The position numbers and the translations under genes were made by a program. DNA of 64,000 nucleotides, from positions 25,558-89,557 of the forward strand of contig CAWAKV010000007.1 of the NCBI GenBank assembly GCA_963782685.1. Direction: 5' to 3'. Below are positions 19,920-32,190 of this stretch, in pieces (position 1 is the stretch's first letter; every line of letters begins with the position of its first letter). This DNA comes from an uncultured Solirubrobacterales bacterium. GTDB lineage: Bacteria > Actinomycetota > Thermoleophilia > Solirubrobacterales > 70-9. The notes beneath the pieces are model-generated. The model saw nothing but the letters and a program-made list of their open reading frames with translations. It was not told the origin of the DNA and searched no databases.

Positions 19920-19926
19920 GTGGAAC
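19913..19926. promoter_or_regulatory. parS-like ParB binding site
   Basis: GTTTCACGTGGAAC matches 13/14 of the core of the widespread parS consensus (tGTTTCACGTGAAACa). It lies on the rnpA stop / yidD start overlap, 3 kb from parAB. Confidence 0.55.
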
Positions 19927-20287
19927 GCTCCCCCGGATCGGTGTGCGCGAGCGCCTCTTCAAGGCTGACCCTTACCCCGTCGATCCCGTCGCGCTCGATC
20001 AGGGCGCCAATCTCGGGGCGGGCGACGAGAACGAAATCGTGGCACTCAGGCAGCCGCTCCGAAAGGGCCCAGAAGGCTTCGCGCAGGGTCCGCTTGACGC
20101 GGTTGCGGTCGACCGCGCCGCCGACCTTGCGGCTGACCGAGACCCCGAGGCGGACGTCGGCCGCCTCCTCATCCTTGCGCGGGAAGCTATAGAGCACGAG
20201 ATAACGGGTCGCGTGGGAGGAGCCGTCGCGATAGACACGGTCGAACTCGGCACTGCGCGAGAGCCGGCGTCGCTTTGCCGCCATCAC
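19916..20287 (-). CDS. rnpA: ribonuclease P protein component
   Basis: Intact 123 aa; ..RLSRSAEFDRVYRDG..VSVSRKVGGAVDRNRVKRTLREAF..; follows rpmH. Confidence 0.9.
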   Translation of the reverse strand: MMAAKRRRLSRSAEFDRVYRDGSSHATRYLVLYSFPRKDEEAADVRLGVSVSRKVGGAVDRNRVKRTLREAFWALSERLPECHDFVLVARPEIGALIERDGIDGVRVSLEEALAHTDPGERST

Positions 20288-20309
20288 CCGAACCCGACTA
20301 TGGCGACCG

Positions 20310-20447
20310 TCATCCCGGAGTGAGGCGTTTCCGGCCTTTGGCCCGCCGCCGCTTCAGGATCGCGCGCCCACCGCGCGTCCGCATCCTCGCCCGGAACCCG
20401 TGGGTCTTGGCCCGCTTTCGCTTCTTCGGCTGGTAGGTGCGCTTCAT
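20310..20447 (-). CDS. rpmH: 50S ribosomal protein L34
   Basis: [45 protein letters not shown]; ATG 20445-20447. Confidence 0.95.
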   Translation of the reverse strand: MKRTYQPKKRKRAKTHGFRARMRTRGGRAILKRRRAKGRKRLTPG

Positions 20448-20579
20448 TGGCCGTCGCAGTATACGGACGCGGCGGGGGGTGGGCCGGCGGTGCCGAGTCA
20501 ATCGCCTGAAATCATTTCCTCGGCATTTGCGACTCCCTCTGGTTTGGCTCTCCCGGGGCGCCGCTATCGTCGCTCGGCG

Positions 20580-21911
20580 GTGCCCGACCAGCCTGCCGAA
20601 CAGAACCTCGACGCCATCTGGGAGGACGTCCGGCGGCGCCTCCGGGCAGCCGTACCGGACTCGACCTTCAAGATCTGGCTGGAGCCGCTGCGGGCCGTCG
20701 GTGCCCAGGGCACGACGCTCTACCTCGCCGCGCCCGACGGGATCCGCACCTGGGTCGAGCGGCGCTACTCGTCGCTGCTTCGCGAAGCGCTCGCCGGGGG
20801 CGACTCGGCGCTGGGCGAGATCGCCTTCTCCGACAGCGCCGAGAAACGGCCAGGGGGGACGGATTCCGCGCCCAGTGTGGAGCTCAACCCCAACTACACA
20901 TTCGAGCGCTTCGTGATCGGCGAGGGCAACCGCGTCGCCCACTCCGCGGCTCTGGCCGTCGCCGAGACCCCGTCCGAGGCCTACAACCCGCTCTTCCTCC
21001 ACGGCCCGCCGGGGCTCGGTAAGACGCACCTGCTCGGTGCGATCGCCAACTACCTGCGCCTCAACGCGCCGGCTCTGAGCGTCCGCTACACCACGGCCGA
21101 GTGCTTCACCAACGAGTTCGTCGGCGCTCTGCGCTCAAGCGGGGCCGAGCTGTTCAAGAGCCGCTACCGCGACCTCGACGTCCTGCTCGTCGACGACATC
21201 CAGTTCCTGCAGGGCAAGCAGCACACCGAAGAGGAGTTCTTCCACACCTTCAACGCCCTTTATGAGGGCGGCAGCCAGCTCGTCCTCTCGGCCGATCGCC
21301 TGCCGAGCGAGCTCTCGACTCTAGAGGTACGATTGCGCGACCGATTCGAGTGGGGCCTGACGATCCCGGTCGAGGCGCCCGACCTGGCCACCCGCCTCAC
21401 CGTCCTCCAGCGCCTCGCTCGCGAGGCTGGGCTCGAGACCGAGGACAGCGATGCCCTCTCCGAGCTCGCGCAGCGCATCGACGCCAACGTCCGTCGCCTG
21501 CACGGCGCCCTGACCAGGGTCATCGCCCACGCCTCGCTCACCGCCAAGCCGCTCAGCCCGGAGCTGATCGCCGAGGTCATCCCCAGCCGGAGCCGGGAGA
21601 GCGAGCCCACCACGGTCGAGGAGATCCAGCAGCGGGTGGCCGCCTCCTTCGGCATCTCACGAGCCGAGCTGGTCGGCACGAGCCGTGCCGCGACACCGTT
21701 GCGGGCGCGGCAGATCGCGATCCTGCTCACGCGTGAGGCGACCGATCTCTCCCTCCCCCAGATCGGCCGCCTCTATGGCGGGCGCGACCATTCGACCATC
21801 CTCAACTCGCTGCGGCGCGTCGAAACCACGCTCGCCGGCGACACCGAGCTCGCCCGCCAGGTGAGCGACCTGCGCTCCTCTATCCACAGCCCCCCGACCG
21901 AAACGGCCTGA
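20580..21911 (+). CDS. dnaA: chromosomal replication initiator DnaA
   Basis: ..[17 protein letters not shown].., ..LLVDDIQFL.., ..DRFEWGLT.., C-terminal ..[38 protein letters not shown]... GTG 20580 is tentative (in-frame TTG 20544 also possible). Confidence 0.95.
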   Translation: MPDQPAEQNLDAIWEDVRRRLRAAVPDSTFKIWLEPLRAVGAQGTTLYLAAPDGIRTWVERRYSSLLREALAGGDSALGEIAFSDSAEKRPGGTDSAPSVELNPNYTFERFVIGEGNRVAHSAALAVAETPSEAYNPLFLHGPPGLGKTHLLGAIANYLRLNAPALSVRYTTAECFTNEFVGALRSSGAELFKSRYRDLDVLLVDDIQFLQGKQHTEEEFFHTFNALYEGGSQLVLSADRLPSELSTLEVRLRDRFEWGLTIPVEAPDLATRLTVLQRLAREAGLETEDSDALSELAQRIDANVRRLHGALTRVIAHASLTAKPLSPELIAEVIPSRSRESEPTTVEEIQQRVAASFGISRAELVGTSRAATPLRARQIAILLTREATDLSLPQIGRLYGGRDHSTILNSLRRVETTLAGDTELARQVSDLRSSIHSPPTETA

Positions 21912-22045
21912 CCGCCGCCGCCACTGTAAGAATCAATGCTTTCCCCAGCGGACTCCACAGCCTGAAAATCCCATGACCATGCCGATTTCCGATGGTCGCA
22001 GCCATATCCACAAGCACTAACCCAACTCAAGAGGACATCAGTCAT
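21912..22045. other. candidate oriC core / dnaN promoter region (dnaA-dnaN spacer)
   Basis: Lower-G+C 134-nt spacer with a DnaA-box-like aTATCCACA (22004-22012, 8/9 to TTATCCACA) and a weaker ACTCCACAG (21952-21960). No such box in the rpmH-dnaA spacer. Confidence 0.35.
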
Positions 22046-23152
22046 TTGAAGCTGACCACCAAATGCAACGAGCTCGTCTCCAAGCTCTCGATCGTCTCGC
22101 GTGCCGTCTCGACTCGTGCCGCGACTCAGGCGCTTTCGGGGATTCTCCTCACCGTCTCCGAGAGCGGCGTCGCGCTGGCGGCGACCGATGGCGAGATGGG
22201 ACTTCGCACCGAGATGGAGGCGGACATCGGCGGCCCCGGCTCGGTCCTGCTCCCAGGCCGGCTCCTCGCCGACCTCGCCCGCTCGCTGGGGGAGGTCGAC
22301 GTCGAGATCGAGCTGCGCGAGGCCGAGCGCGACGTGGAGATCCGCAGCGGCGGCTCCAGCTTCCACCTCCGTGTCCTCCCTGTCGAGGATTTCCCCAACC
22401 TCCCCGACGAGGGCTCCGAGCCGCTGAAGATCCCGGCGCCGGCCCTGGCCGAGACGGTCGAGCTGGTCGCCCCCGCCGCCTCGCGCGACGACATGCGCCC
22501 CGTTCTCACCGGCGTGCTGGTCACCGCCGCCGGCCAGGAGATGACGATGGTCGCCACCGACTCCTACCGTCTCGCGGTCAAGCGCACCGAGCTGGAGAGC
22601 GCGATCGGCGGCGAGCTCGAGGCCAATATCCCGGCCAAGGCGCTGCGCGAGCTGGGCCGGCTGGTCGCCGGCGAGGAGCTCGACGAGGTCGCCGTCAGCC
22701 TGCTCCCCAACCAGGCCGTCTTCAGGGCAGGGTCGATCCTCCTCAACACGAGGCTGATCGATGGCCAGTTCCCCAACTTTCGACAACTCCTGCCGGAGTC
22801 CTACGAGCACGACGTGCGCCTGCCGCGACCCGAATTCCTCGAGGTCGCCCGCCGCGTCAGCCAGCTCGCCCAGCGCAATGCGCCGCTGCGCCTCTCCTTC
22901 TCGCCGGGCGAGCTGAAGGTGTCGGCTTCGACGCCCGACGTCGGCGACGCCGAGGAGACGATGCCGGCGGCGTTCGAGGGGGAGCCGCTGGAGATCGGCT
23001 TCAACCCGGAGTTCCTGCGCGACGGGATCGAAAGCGTCGAGGGCGACGAGGTGGTGCTGCGGCTGATCTCGCCGCTTCGCCCGGGTCTGCTTCAGCCGGT
23101 CGACAACGAAGACTTCCGTTACCTCGTGATGCCGATCCGCCTCAACGTCTAG
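22046..23152 (+). CDS. dnaN: DNA polymerase III beta sliding clamp
   Basis: AAGAGGA then TTG 22046 (LKLTTKCNELVSKLSIVSRAV..); ..ATDGEMGLR.., ..MVATDSYRLA.., ..LRLISPLRPGLLQP..YLVMPIRL. Confidence 0.9.
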   Translation: MKLTTKCNELVSKLSIVSRAVSTRAATQALSGILLTVSESGVALAATDGEMGLRTEMEADIGGPGSVLLPGRLLADLARSLGEVDVEIELREAERDVEIRSGGSSFHLRVLPVEDFPNLPDEGSEPLKIPAPALAETVELVAPAASRDDMRPVLTGVLVTAAGQEMTMVATDSYRLAVKRTELESAIGGELEANIPAKALRELGRLVAGEELDEVAVSLLPNQAVFRAGSILLNTRLIDGQFPNFRQLLPESYEHDVRLPRPEFLEVARRVSQLAQRNAPLRLSFSPGELKVSASTPDVGDAEETMPAAFEGEPLEIGFNPEFLRDGIESVEGDEVVLRLISPLRPGLLQPVDNEDFRYLVMPIRLNV

Positions 23153-23162
23153 CGGGGAGCCG

Positions 23163-24251
23163 GTGCGGGTCGCCGCCGTCGAAGCGAGGCCACTGCGCAG
23201 TCTGAACGGCGTGCGGGTCGAGCTGGGCGAGGGCATCGTCAGCCTGATCGGCCCCAACGGCACCGGCAAGACGAACCTGCTCGAGGCGCTCTACTTCGCC
23301 CTCACCGGCCGCTCCTTCCGGACCTCGGACCGGCGCGAGCTGATCCCCTTCGGCGGCCAGCTGGCCCGCGCCGAGGCCGTGGTCCGCGACGAGGACGGCG
23401 TCGAACACCGCCTTCTCGCCGCGGTCAGTCGCACCGAGGGGCGGCGCCACCTGCTCGACGGCAGCCCCGCGGAGCCGACTGTGCTGGCCCGGCACCGCCC
23501 CCCAGTCGCCGTCTTTTCACCCGACCGCCTGACCCTGATCAAGGGCCCGCCGGGCGAGCGCCGCGCCCACCTCGATCGTTACGTCGCCGCTCGCTGGCCC
23601 TCTCGCGCGGCGCTGCGCCAGCGCTACGGCCAGGCGCTGGCCCAACGCAACGCGCTGCTGGCCCGCCTCGCCACCGGCCGACCTGGGGGCGACCTGGAGG
23701 TCTGGGACGCGGCCCTGGCCGAGGCGGCCGAGGCCCTGATCGCGGCCCGGGCGGAGGCCGTCGCCGAGCTCGCCGCACCATTCGCCGCCTCGGCGGACGA
23801 GCTCGGCCTGGCCGGAGGCGCGACGCTCGCGTACGCACCGCGGGCGTCGGGATCGGCCGAGGAGATTCGCGCTGGCCTCGGTGAGCGCCGCGACGCCGAT
23901 CTGCGTCTCGGCCGCACCTCGTGGGGGCCGCACCTGGATGAGCTGAAGATCGAGTCGGCCGACAAGTCGTTGCGGCGCTACGGCTCGCAGGGCCAGCAGC
24001 GCATCGCCCTCCTCTCCCTGCTCTTCGCCCAGCGCGAGGCGCTGCTCGACGCACGCCGTGTGGCGCCGCTGCTTCTGCTCGACGACGTGATGAGCGAGCT
24101 CGATCCGCAGCGGCGCGAGCGCCTGGTCGAGCGCCTCGCTGGGGGCGGCCAGGCGCTGATCACGGCGGCGGCCGAGGAGTCCGTGCCACCGCGGGCGCTG
24201 GAACGCCGCGTCCGGGTGCCGTTCGATGTCGTTCGCTCCGCGGCGGCATGA
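23163..24251 (+). CDS. recF: DNA replication/repair protein RecF
   Basis: Intact; Walker A GPNGTGKTNLLEALYF, ..GSQGQQRIALLSLLFA.., ..LLLDDVMSELD.. Confidence 0.9.
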   Translation: MRVAAVEARPLRSLNGVRVELGEGIVSLIGPNGTGKTNLLEALYFALTGRSFRTSDRRELIPFGGQLARAEAVVRDEDGVEHRLLAAVSRTEGRRHLLDGSPAEPTVLARHRPPVAVFSPDRLTLIKGPPGERRAHLDRYVAARWPSRAALRQRYGQALAQRNALLARLATGRPGGDLEVWDAALAEAAEALIAARAEAVAELAAPFAASADELGLAGGATLAYAPRASGSAEEIRAGLGERRDADLRLGRTSWGPHLDELKIESADKSLRRYGSQGQQRIALLSLLFAQREALLDARRVAPLLLLDDVMSELDPQRRERLVERLAGGGQALITAAAEESVPPRALERRVRVPFDVVRSAAA

Positions 24252-24547
24252 GTCGACGGCCCGCTCCCCGTCCCGCCTCGGCGGCATTCCGCACGGCGCT
24301 CGAGCGAGCCGCGCCGAAGACGCGCTTGGCGGCGGTGCAGGCGGTCTGGGCCGAGCTGGTGGGCGAGCGCATCGCCGACGTCGCGCGGCCGGTATCCGAA
24401 CGTGACGGCGTGGTCACGGTCGCCTGCTCGGACTCCGTCTGGGCACAGGAGCTCGATCTGATGCAGGAGCAGCTCCAGCAGCGCCTGGTTGAGCGGCTCG
24501 GTGCTGAGGCGCCGCGCGGCTTGCGGTTCCGTGCCGAAGACGGCTGA
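24248..24547 (+). CDS. DUF721 (DciA-like) protein
   Basis: ATGA overlap with recF; ..LAAVQAVWAELVGERIADVARPVSERDGVVTVACSDSVWAQELDLMQEQL..; conserved recF-gyrB position. Confidence 0.75.
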   Translation: MSRRPAPRPASAAFRTALERAAPKTRLAAVQAVWAELVGERIADVARPVSERDGVVTVACSDSVWAQELDLMQEQLQQRLVERLGAEAPRGLRFRAEDG

Positions 24548-24684
24548 CCCATCCCTGTTTCCGCCTTTGTGCGTAAGGCGACACATTCCCGCCATAATTT
24601 CCCGCGATTTGCAGGTATTTTTTAATCTCGAACCAGGTTTTCGAGGGGGCTGAACTGGTATCCTTATGTCAACTCGGATTTTGG

Positions 24685-24726
24685 CCCCGACCAGGCGCGC
24701 CGATAGCGCCAGGCGGTCGGGGTTTT
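24685..24726 (+). terminator. GC-rich nested hairpin followed by TTTT (terminator or leader attenuator) just upstream of gyrB
   Basis: CCCCGACC(24685-24692)-AGGCGC GCCGATA GCGCC AGGC-GGTCGGGG(24715-24722)-TTTT(24723-24726). It lies 138 nt after the DUF721 stop and 24 nt before the gyrB TTG. Confidence 0.4.
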
Positions 24727-24749
24727 CTGTGAGACGCGGAAAGGACCAG

Positions 24750-27181
<2,432 letters not shown>

Positions 27182-27193
27182 GGGGGATCGCTG

Positions 27194-29725
27194 ATGGCGC
27201 TCGAGGCCCTGACGGGCAAGATCGAAGAGCGCGAGCTCGAGAAGGAGATGCGCTCCTCCTACCTCGATTACGCGATGAGCGTGATCGTCGGCCGGGCGCT
27301 GCCGGACGTGCGCGACGGGCTGAAGCCGGTCCACCGGCGGGTGCTCTACGCGATGCACGACATCGGCCTGCAGCCGACCCGGCCCTACCGCAAGTGCGCC
27401 TTCATCGTCGGCGAGGTGATGGGCAAGTACCACCCGCACGGCGACTCGGCGATCTACGACACGCTGGTGCGGATGGCGCAGGAGTTCTCGCTGCGCTACA
27501 CGCTGATCGACGGCCAGGGCAACTTCGGCTCGATCGACGACGACCCGGCTGCCGCGATGAGGTACACCGAGGCGCGGCTTGGGCGGCTGGCGACCGAGCT
27601 CCTGCGCGACATCGACGCCGACACGGTCGACTTCGGGCCCAACTACGACGAATCGACGCAGGAGCCGCTGATCCTGCCGGCGCGCTTCCCGAACCTGCTG
27701 GTCAACGGGGCCTCGGGGATCGCGGTCGGGATGGCGACCAACATCCCGCCGCACAACCTGCGCGAGGTCTCCGCTGCGGTCACCGCCTACATCGACGACC
27801 CCGCCATCGACCTGGCCGGCCTGATGGAGCACGTCAAGGGCCCCGACTTCCCCGGCGGCGGGATCATGAGCCTGGAGGGGATCCGCGACGCCTACGCCTC
27901 CGGCCGCGGCACGGTCAAGGTGCGCGCCCGCGCCCACGTCGAGCCGCTCAAGGGCGGCAAGGACGCGATCGTCGTCACCGAGCTGCCCTTCATGGTCAAG
28001 AAGGGTGGCGACAACGGCCTGATCACGAAGATCGCCGACCTCGTCCGCGAGAAGAAACTGGAGGGGATCTCCGACCTGCGCGACGAGACCGACCGCTCCG
28101 GCATGCGCCTGGTGATCGAGCTGAAGCGCGGCGGCCAGCCGGCCAAGGTCGTGCTCAACAACCTCTACAAGAAAACCGGGATGCAGACCAGCTTCGGGAT
28201 CAACATGGTCGCGCTGGTCGACGGCGTGCCGCGCACCCTGAGCCTGCTCGAGCTGGTCAAGTACTACGTCCAGCATCAGCGCGAGGTCGTCACCCGCCGC
28301 ACCCAGTACGAACTGCGCCGCGCCGAGGCCCGCGCCCACATCCTCGAGGGGCTGCTGATCGCGCTCGACAACCTCGACGCGGTGATCAAACTGATCCGCG
28401 GCTCGAAAGACCCGGACGCGGCCCGCGACGGCCTGATCGAGAAGTTCGAGCTCTCGCGCGAGCAGGCGCAGGCGATCCTCGACATGCGCCTGCAGCGTCT
28501 CACCGCGCTGGAGGCCGACAAGGTGCGCGCCGAGCACGCCGACCTGATCGAGCGGATCGGCGAGCTGCGGGCGATCCTCGGCGACGAGGCGAGGGTGCTC
28601 GGCCTGGTCAAGGAGGAGCTGGCGGAGATCGTCCAGTCCTACGGCGACGAGCGACGCACCGAAATCGCCCACTTCGAGGGCGACGTCGGCATCGAGGACA
28701 TGATCGCCGACCAGCAGATGGTGATCTCGCTGACCGCGTCGGACTACGTCAAGCGCCTGCCGCTCGCCACCTACCGACAGCAGCGCCGCGGCGGCGTCGG
28801 CGTGATGGGGATGAACCTGAAGGAGGACGACTACATCGCCCACCTCCACATCTGCTCGACCCACGACTACCTGCTCTTCTTCACCAACCGGGGCAAGGTC
28901 TACCGGCTCAAGGTCTACGAGCTGCCGGAGGGCTCGCGGACGGCGAAAGGCAGCGCGCTGGTCAACCTGCTGCCGCTGCGCGAGGGCGAGCGGGTGATGG
29001 CGGTGATCCCCACCCGTGACTTCAAAGAGAACAAGTACCTCGCCTTCGCGACCGCCAAGGGCATGATCAAGAAAACCGAGTTCCTCGCCTACAACACGCC
29101 GATCCGCGCCGACGGGATCATCGCGATCAAGGTCCGCGACGGCGACGAGCTGGTCCAGGTGCGGCTGACCTCGGGCGAGGACGACCTGCTGATGGTCTCC
29201 AAGTCCGGCCACGCCTCGCGCTTCTCCGAGGACGCGGTGCGGCCGATGGGCCGCGACACCTCCGGCGTCAAAGGGATGAACGTCTCGGCCAAGGTGGGCC
29301 GCGAGGCGAACCGCGTGCTGGCGATGGACGTCGCCCGCGACGACACCGAGCTCTTCGTCGTCACCGAGAACGGCTACGGCAAGCGCACCTCGATCGCCGA
29401 GTACCCGGTCAAGGGCCGCGGCACCAAAGGCGTGCTGACCGCGAAGCTGACCGAGAAGAAGGGCGGCCTCGCCGGCGCCCTGATCGTGCGCGAGCACCAG
29501 GATCTGCTCTTCATCTCCCAGAACGGCATGGTGCAGCGGACCGAAGCCGGCGGCATCTCGCTGATGGGTCGCCCGACCCAGGGCGTCCGCGTGATGAACA
29601 TCAAGGACGACGACCGCGTCAGCGCCGTCGCCCTGGTTGTCGAGTCGAGCGAGTCCGACTCCACCGACGACGGCCCTCCCCCGGAGGGGATTCCGGGGGT
29701 CGAGGGAGAGGCCGTCGACAGCTAG
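27194..29725 (+). CDS. gyrA: DNA gyrase subunit A
   Basis: Intact 843 aa; ..[43 protein letters not shown].. and C-terminal beta-pinwheel repeats. Confidence 0.95.
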   Translation: MALEALTGKIEERELEKEMRSSYLDYAMSVIVGRALPDVRDGLKPVHRRVLYAMHDIGLQPTRPYRKCAFIVGEVMGKYHPHGDSAIYDTLVRMAQEFSLRYTLIDGQGNFGSIDDDPAAAMRYTEARLGRLATELLRDIDADTVDFGPNYDESTQEPLILPARFPNLLVNGASGIAVGMATNIPPHNLREVSAAVTAYIDDPAIDLAGLMEHVKGPDFPGGGIMSLEGIRDAYASGRGTVKVRARAHVEPLKGGKDAIVVTELPFMVKKGGDNGLITKIADLVREKKLEGISDLRDETDRSGMRLVIELKRGGQPAKVVLNNLYKKTGMQTSFGINMVALVDGVPRTLSLLELVKYYVQHQREVVTRRTQYELRRAEARAHILEGLLIALDNLDAVIKLIRGSKDPDAARDGLIEKFELSREQAQAILDMRLQRLTALEADKVRAEHADLIERIGELRAILGDEARVLGLVKEELAEIVQSYGDERRTEIAHFEGDVGIEDMIADQQMVISLTASDYVKRLPLATYRQQRRGGVGVMGMNLKEDDYIAHLHICSTHDYLLFFTNRGKVYRLKVYELPEGSRTAKGSALVNLLPLREGERVMAVIPTRDFKENKYLAFATAKGMIKKTEFLAYNTPIRADGIIAIKVRDGDELVQVRLTSGEDDLLMVSKSGHASRFSEDAVRPMGRDTSGVKGMNVSAKVGREANRVLAMDVARDDTELFVVTENGYGKRTSIAEYPVKGRGTKGVLTAKLTEKKGGLAGALIVREHQDLLFISQNGMVQRTEAGGISLMGRPTQGVRVMNIKDDDRVSAVALVVESSESDSTDDGPPPEGIPGVEGEAVDS

Positions 29726-30084
29726 CTCGTGCCGTGCCGGCCTGGCCGGCCGGGGCCGCGGCGGGCGATCGAGATGACGTTGTCCGGCTCAACCGGACCG
29801 TCTTGCTCGTCGAGCTCGGGCGGCTCCTCGGGGAGCGCGTCGCCGACTTTCAGCTTGCGGTAGCGCAGCACGCCCCGCTCCAGCTCGTCGGTGTCGAGGG
29901 GGGTGCCGGCGATCAACATCCCGACGATCTCGGCGCGGGTGGCGCCAGCGTCCTCGGCGGCCTCGGCGAGCAGGTCGAGACGGTGGTGCACGGCGAGGGG
30001 CAGCGACATCGAGGTCGACTGCCGTTTCGAGTCCCGCAACCTTTCGTCGCGGGAGAGGTGGACTACTTCTTGTTCTTTGGCCAT
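29722..30084 (-). CDS. hypothetical protein with ribbon-helix-helix-like segment
   Basis: ATG 30084 (MAKEQEVVHLSR..). ..SMSLPLAVHHRLDLLAEAAEDAGATRAEIVGMLI.. has a strand-helix-helix pattern. AT-rich upstream region; 4-nt convergent overlap with gyrA. Confidence 0.4.
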   Translation of the reverse strand: MAKEQEVVHLSRDERLRDSKRQSTSMSLPLAVHHRLDLLAEAAEDAGATRAEIVGMLIAGTPLDTDELERGVLRYRKLKVGDALPEEPPELDEQDGPVEPDNVISIARRGPGRPGRHGTS

Positions 30085-30238
30085 GGACTCAACGCTGAGA
30101 GGGGATCTTTCATAGACCAAATATAGATACACAAATCATTTAGCGTTAAAAGTCGATACCCTGCCGCAATCCATCGTGCATAAATCTTAAATCTATAAAA
30201 CAACGATCGGACGGAAAAACAGAGGGTGGCGGACCGCG

Positions 30239-31642
30239 ATGATGCGCTTGTGGAGAATTCTGGAAGGCACGGCGTTCCCCTTCCTGACCCTGGGCGGAAA
30301 CGCCGGTGCGGTAGCCCTCGTCCTCGCCCAGCATGCGCAGATCGCGATCGGCGTTACCGCCTGCCTTCCCGTGGTCGCGGGCCTGCTCCAGATGCGCCTG
30401 GCGCGCCAGCGCAAGCGACGTAAAGGCCTGCGCCCGTTGCGTCGCGAGCTGCAAGGCGAGCGCGCCATCGGCCGGCTCTGCCTGGCCGTGGGGGTCGCCG
30501 TCGTCCTGACGTCCCTTCTCCTGCCGGTGGCCGCGGTCGTCGCCGTCGGCTTTGCCGGCACCGCGCTTGCGTCCCTGCGCACCTTCGCCGTCGTGGCGGA
30601 CAGCGCGATCAGGGAAGAGGAACTGGAAATCGCCGGCCTCAGCGCCGCTCAGGAATGCTCCTGTATCGAGCGCTGGGTTCGGCGGCTGACGACGATGCCC
30701 GGCCGGCTCGGGAAGTACCCGGCGAAGGTCGCTAATGCCACCCCGCCGATCGGCGGGGTGACCAGGCTCAGGGCTCTCCCGGTCATCCTGATCGCGAGCT
30801 CGGTGCTCGTCTTCTTCGTCATCGGCAGCGCTCTCGCCGCCGAGGAGGCCATCAACAGTTCTGGAGAGGGCCCGCCGAGCGCCGAGGCGGATGCGGCCGA
30901 CCCCCCGCCGCCAGGTGAAACGACCGTCGAAGGCGGTGAGGTGGAGGAAGGCGAAGAGACCTACGCGGACCTCTGCCCGGAGCTGCCCAACCCATTCGAC
31001 ATCGGTCACGGCATCGGCGCCCCGTTCTACTACGACGGTGCATATAAAGCCGGCTGCGGCACCGAAGCGGAGCGGGTGCTCGGCACCGGCGTCTGGTTCT
31101 CCGTCGGCACATGTCATGGCCACTTCCGCTCGCTCGGCGTCTCGTCACCCGGTGGAGACGCGGTGCTGCTCTACGGCTCCGGTGCGAGATTTGCCTGGCA
31201 GGCCGCGCTGCGGGGGGAGCTGGTCTCCGCCGAGGTGGCCCACCCGGCGGGCGGCGACGTCTACTCGATCGAAACCGAAGTCGGCAGCTACGGATTCGCC
31301 CGCACGGCGCCCAGCGGCGGGGCGGGCTCGGACAAGCTGCGTGATTGCACTGACGTCACCAGCACCGACCGACCCTTCGCGGAGCTCGCGCCGCTGATGC
31401 TGCTGCACTGGCGGAACCTCGTCGAATATCGGGCGGCCTGGTCCTGGCCACACCGCGAAGAGGGTGTCGCAGCCGGGCTCGCCTTCGTCACCGCCGCGGG
31501 CGGATCAGTGACCGCCCGCGGCGCCTGCGCCTCCGAATCCACCTGCTACCTGGACGTGGACGGCGTCAGGTGGCCGGGGGAAGGCACCGCTTACGTCTCG
31601 CTCGACGAATTCGAGCCGCACATTCCGCCGGAAGTCCCGTAG
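30239..31642 (+). CDS. hypothetical membrane protein (N-terminal TM block, Cys-containing C-terminal domain)
   Basis: Intact 467-aa ORF behind a 150-nt AT-rich spacer; several TM segments, acidic/Pro linker, ~230-aa domain with no motif I recognise. Confidence 0.5.
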   Translation: MMRLWRILEGTAFPFLTLGGNAGAVALVLAQHAQIAIGVTACLPVVAGLLQMRLARQRKRRKGLRPLRRELQGERAIGRLCLAVGVAVVLTSLLLPVAAVVAVGFAGTALASLRTFAVVADSAIREEELEIAGLSAAQECSCIERWVRRLTTMPGRLGKYPAKVANATPPIGGVTRLRALPVILIASSVLVFFVIGSALAAEEAINSSGEGPPSAEADAADPPPPGETTVEGGEVEEGEETYADLCPELPNPFDIGHGIGAPFYYDGAYKAGCGTEAERVLGTGVWFSVGTCHGHFRSLGVSSPGGDAVLLYGSGARFAWQAALRGELVSAEVAHPAGGDVYSIETEVGSYGFARTAPSGGAGSDKLRDCTDVTSTDRPFAELAPLMLLHWRNLVEYRAAWSWPHREEGVAAGLAFVTAAGGSVTARGACASESTCYLDVDGVRWPGEGTAYVSLDEFEPHIPPEVP

Positions 31643-31649
31643 CCGGCCG

Positions 31650-32156
31650 CTATGCGGCGACGGGTAGGTACTGCTGCCAGGCGGGTGGGATGTTGGGGCT
31701 CGCCACCTGGATGAAGATGCTGGGGCCCGGCGCCTTCGGTGACTTCTTCGGGTGCATCTGGATCTCGCGGGGGAGACGGTTGCCCTTGCGGCGGTTGCAG
31801 CTCGCGCAGGCGGCGACGATGTTCTCCCAGACCGACTTGCCACCGCGGCTGCGGGGGATTACGTGGTCGACCGTGAGGCCGGACTTGGTCGAGCCGCAGT
31901 ACTGACAGGTCCAGGCGTCCCTGGCGAGCACGGCACGCCGGGTGATCTTGCGCCGGTGCGCCTCGCGCGGCACCCGCACGTAGCTGACAAGGCGGATCAC
32001 GTCGGGCCGGTCCATCGTCATGTGCTCCGAGTGGATCGCCCCCTCGCGCCGCTCCAACAGCTCGGCTTTCTCCTTCAGCAACAGCACAGCAGCTCTTCTC
32101 AACGTGCAGACGTTGATCGGCTCATACGTCGCATTCAAGACAAGCACTCGTGCCAT
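31650..32156 (-). CDS. HNH endonuclease family protein
   Basis: ..WTCQYCGSTKSGLTVDHVIPRSRGGKSVWENIVAACASCNRRKGN.. (CxxC..DH..N..CxxCN). Confidence 0.8.
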   Translation of the reverse strand: MARVLVLNATYEPINVCTLRRAAVLLLKEKAELLERREGAIHSEHMTMDRPDVIRLVSYVRVPREAHRRKITRRAVLARDAWTCQYCGSTKSGLTVDHVIPRSRGGKSVWENIVAACASCNRRKGNRLPREIQMHPKKSPKAPGPSIFIQVASPNIPPAWQQYLPVAA

Positions 32157-32190
32157 CTTGCTCGGGAATTCTACGCAGGCGGCGGGAGGG

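Noticed and set aside
20448-20579. rpmH-dnaA spacer as oriC
   Set aside because: I found no TTATCCACA/TTGTCCACA-like box on either strand and no marked AT-rich stretch. The dnaA-dnaN spacer is the better, though still weak, candidate.
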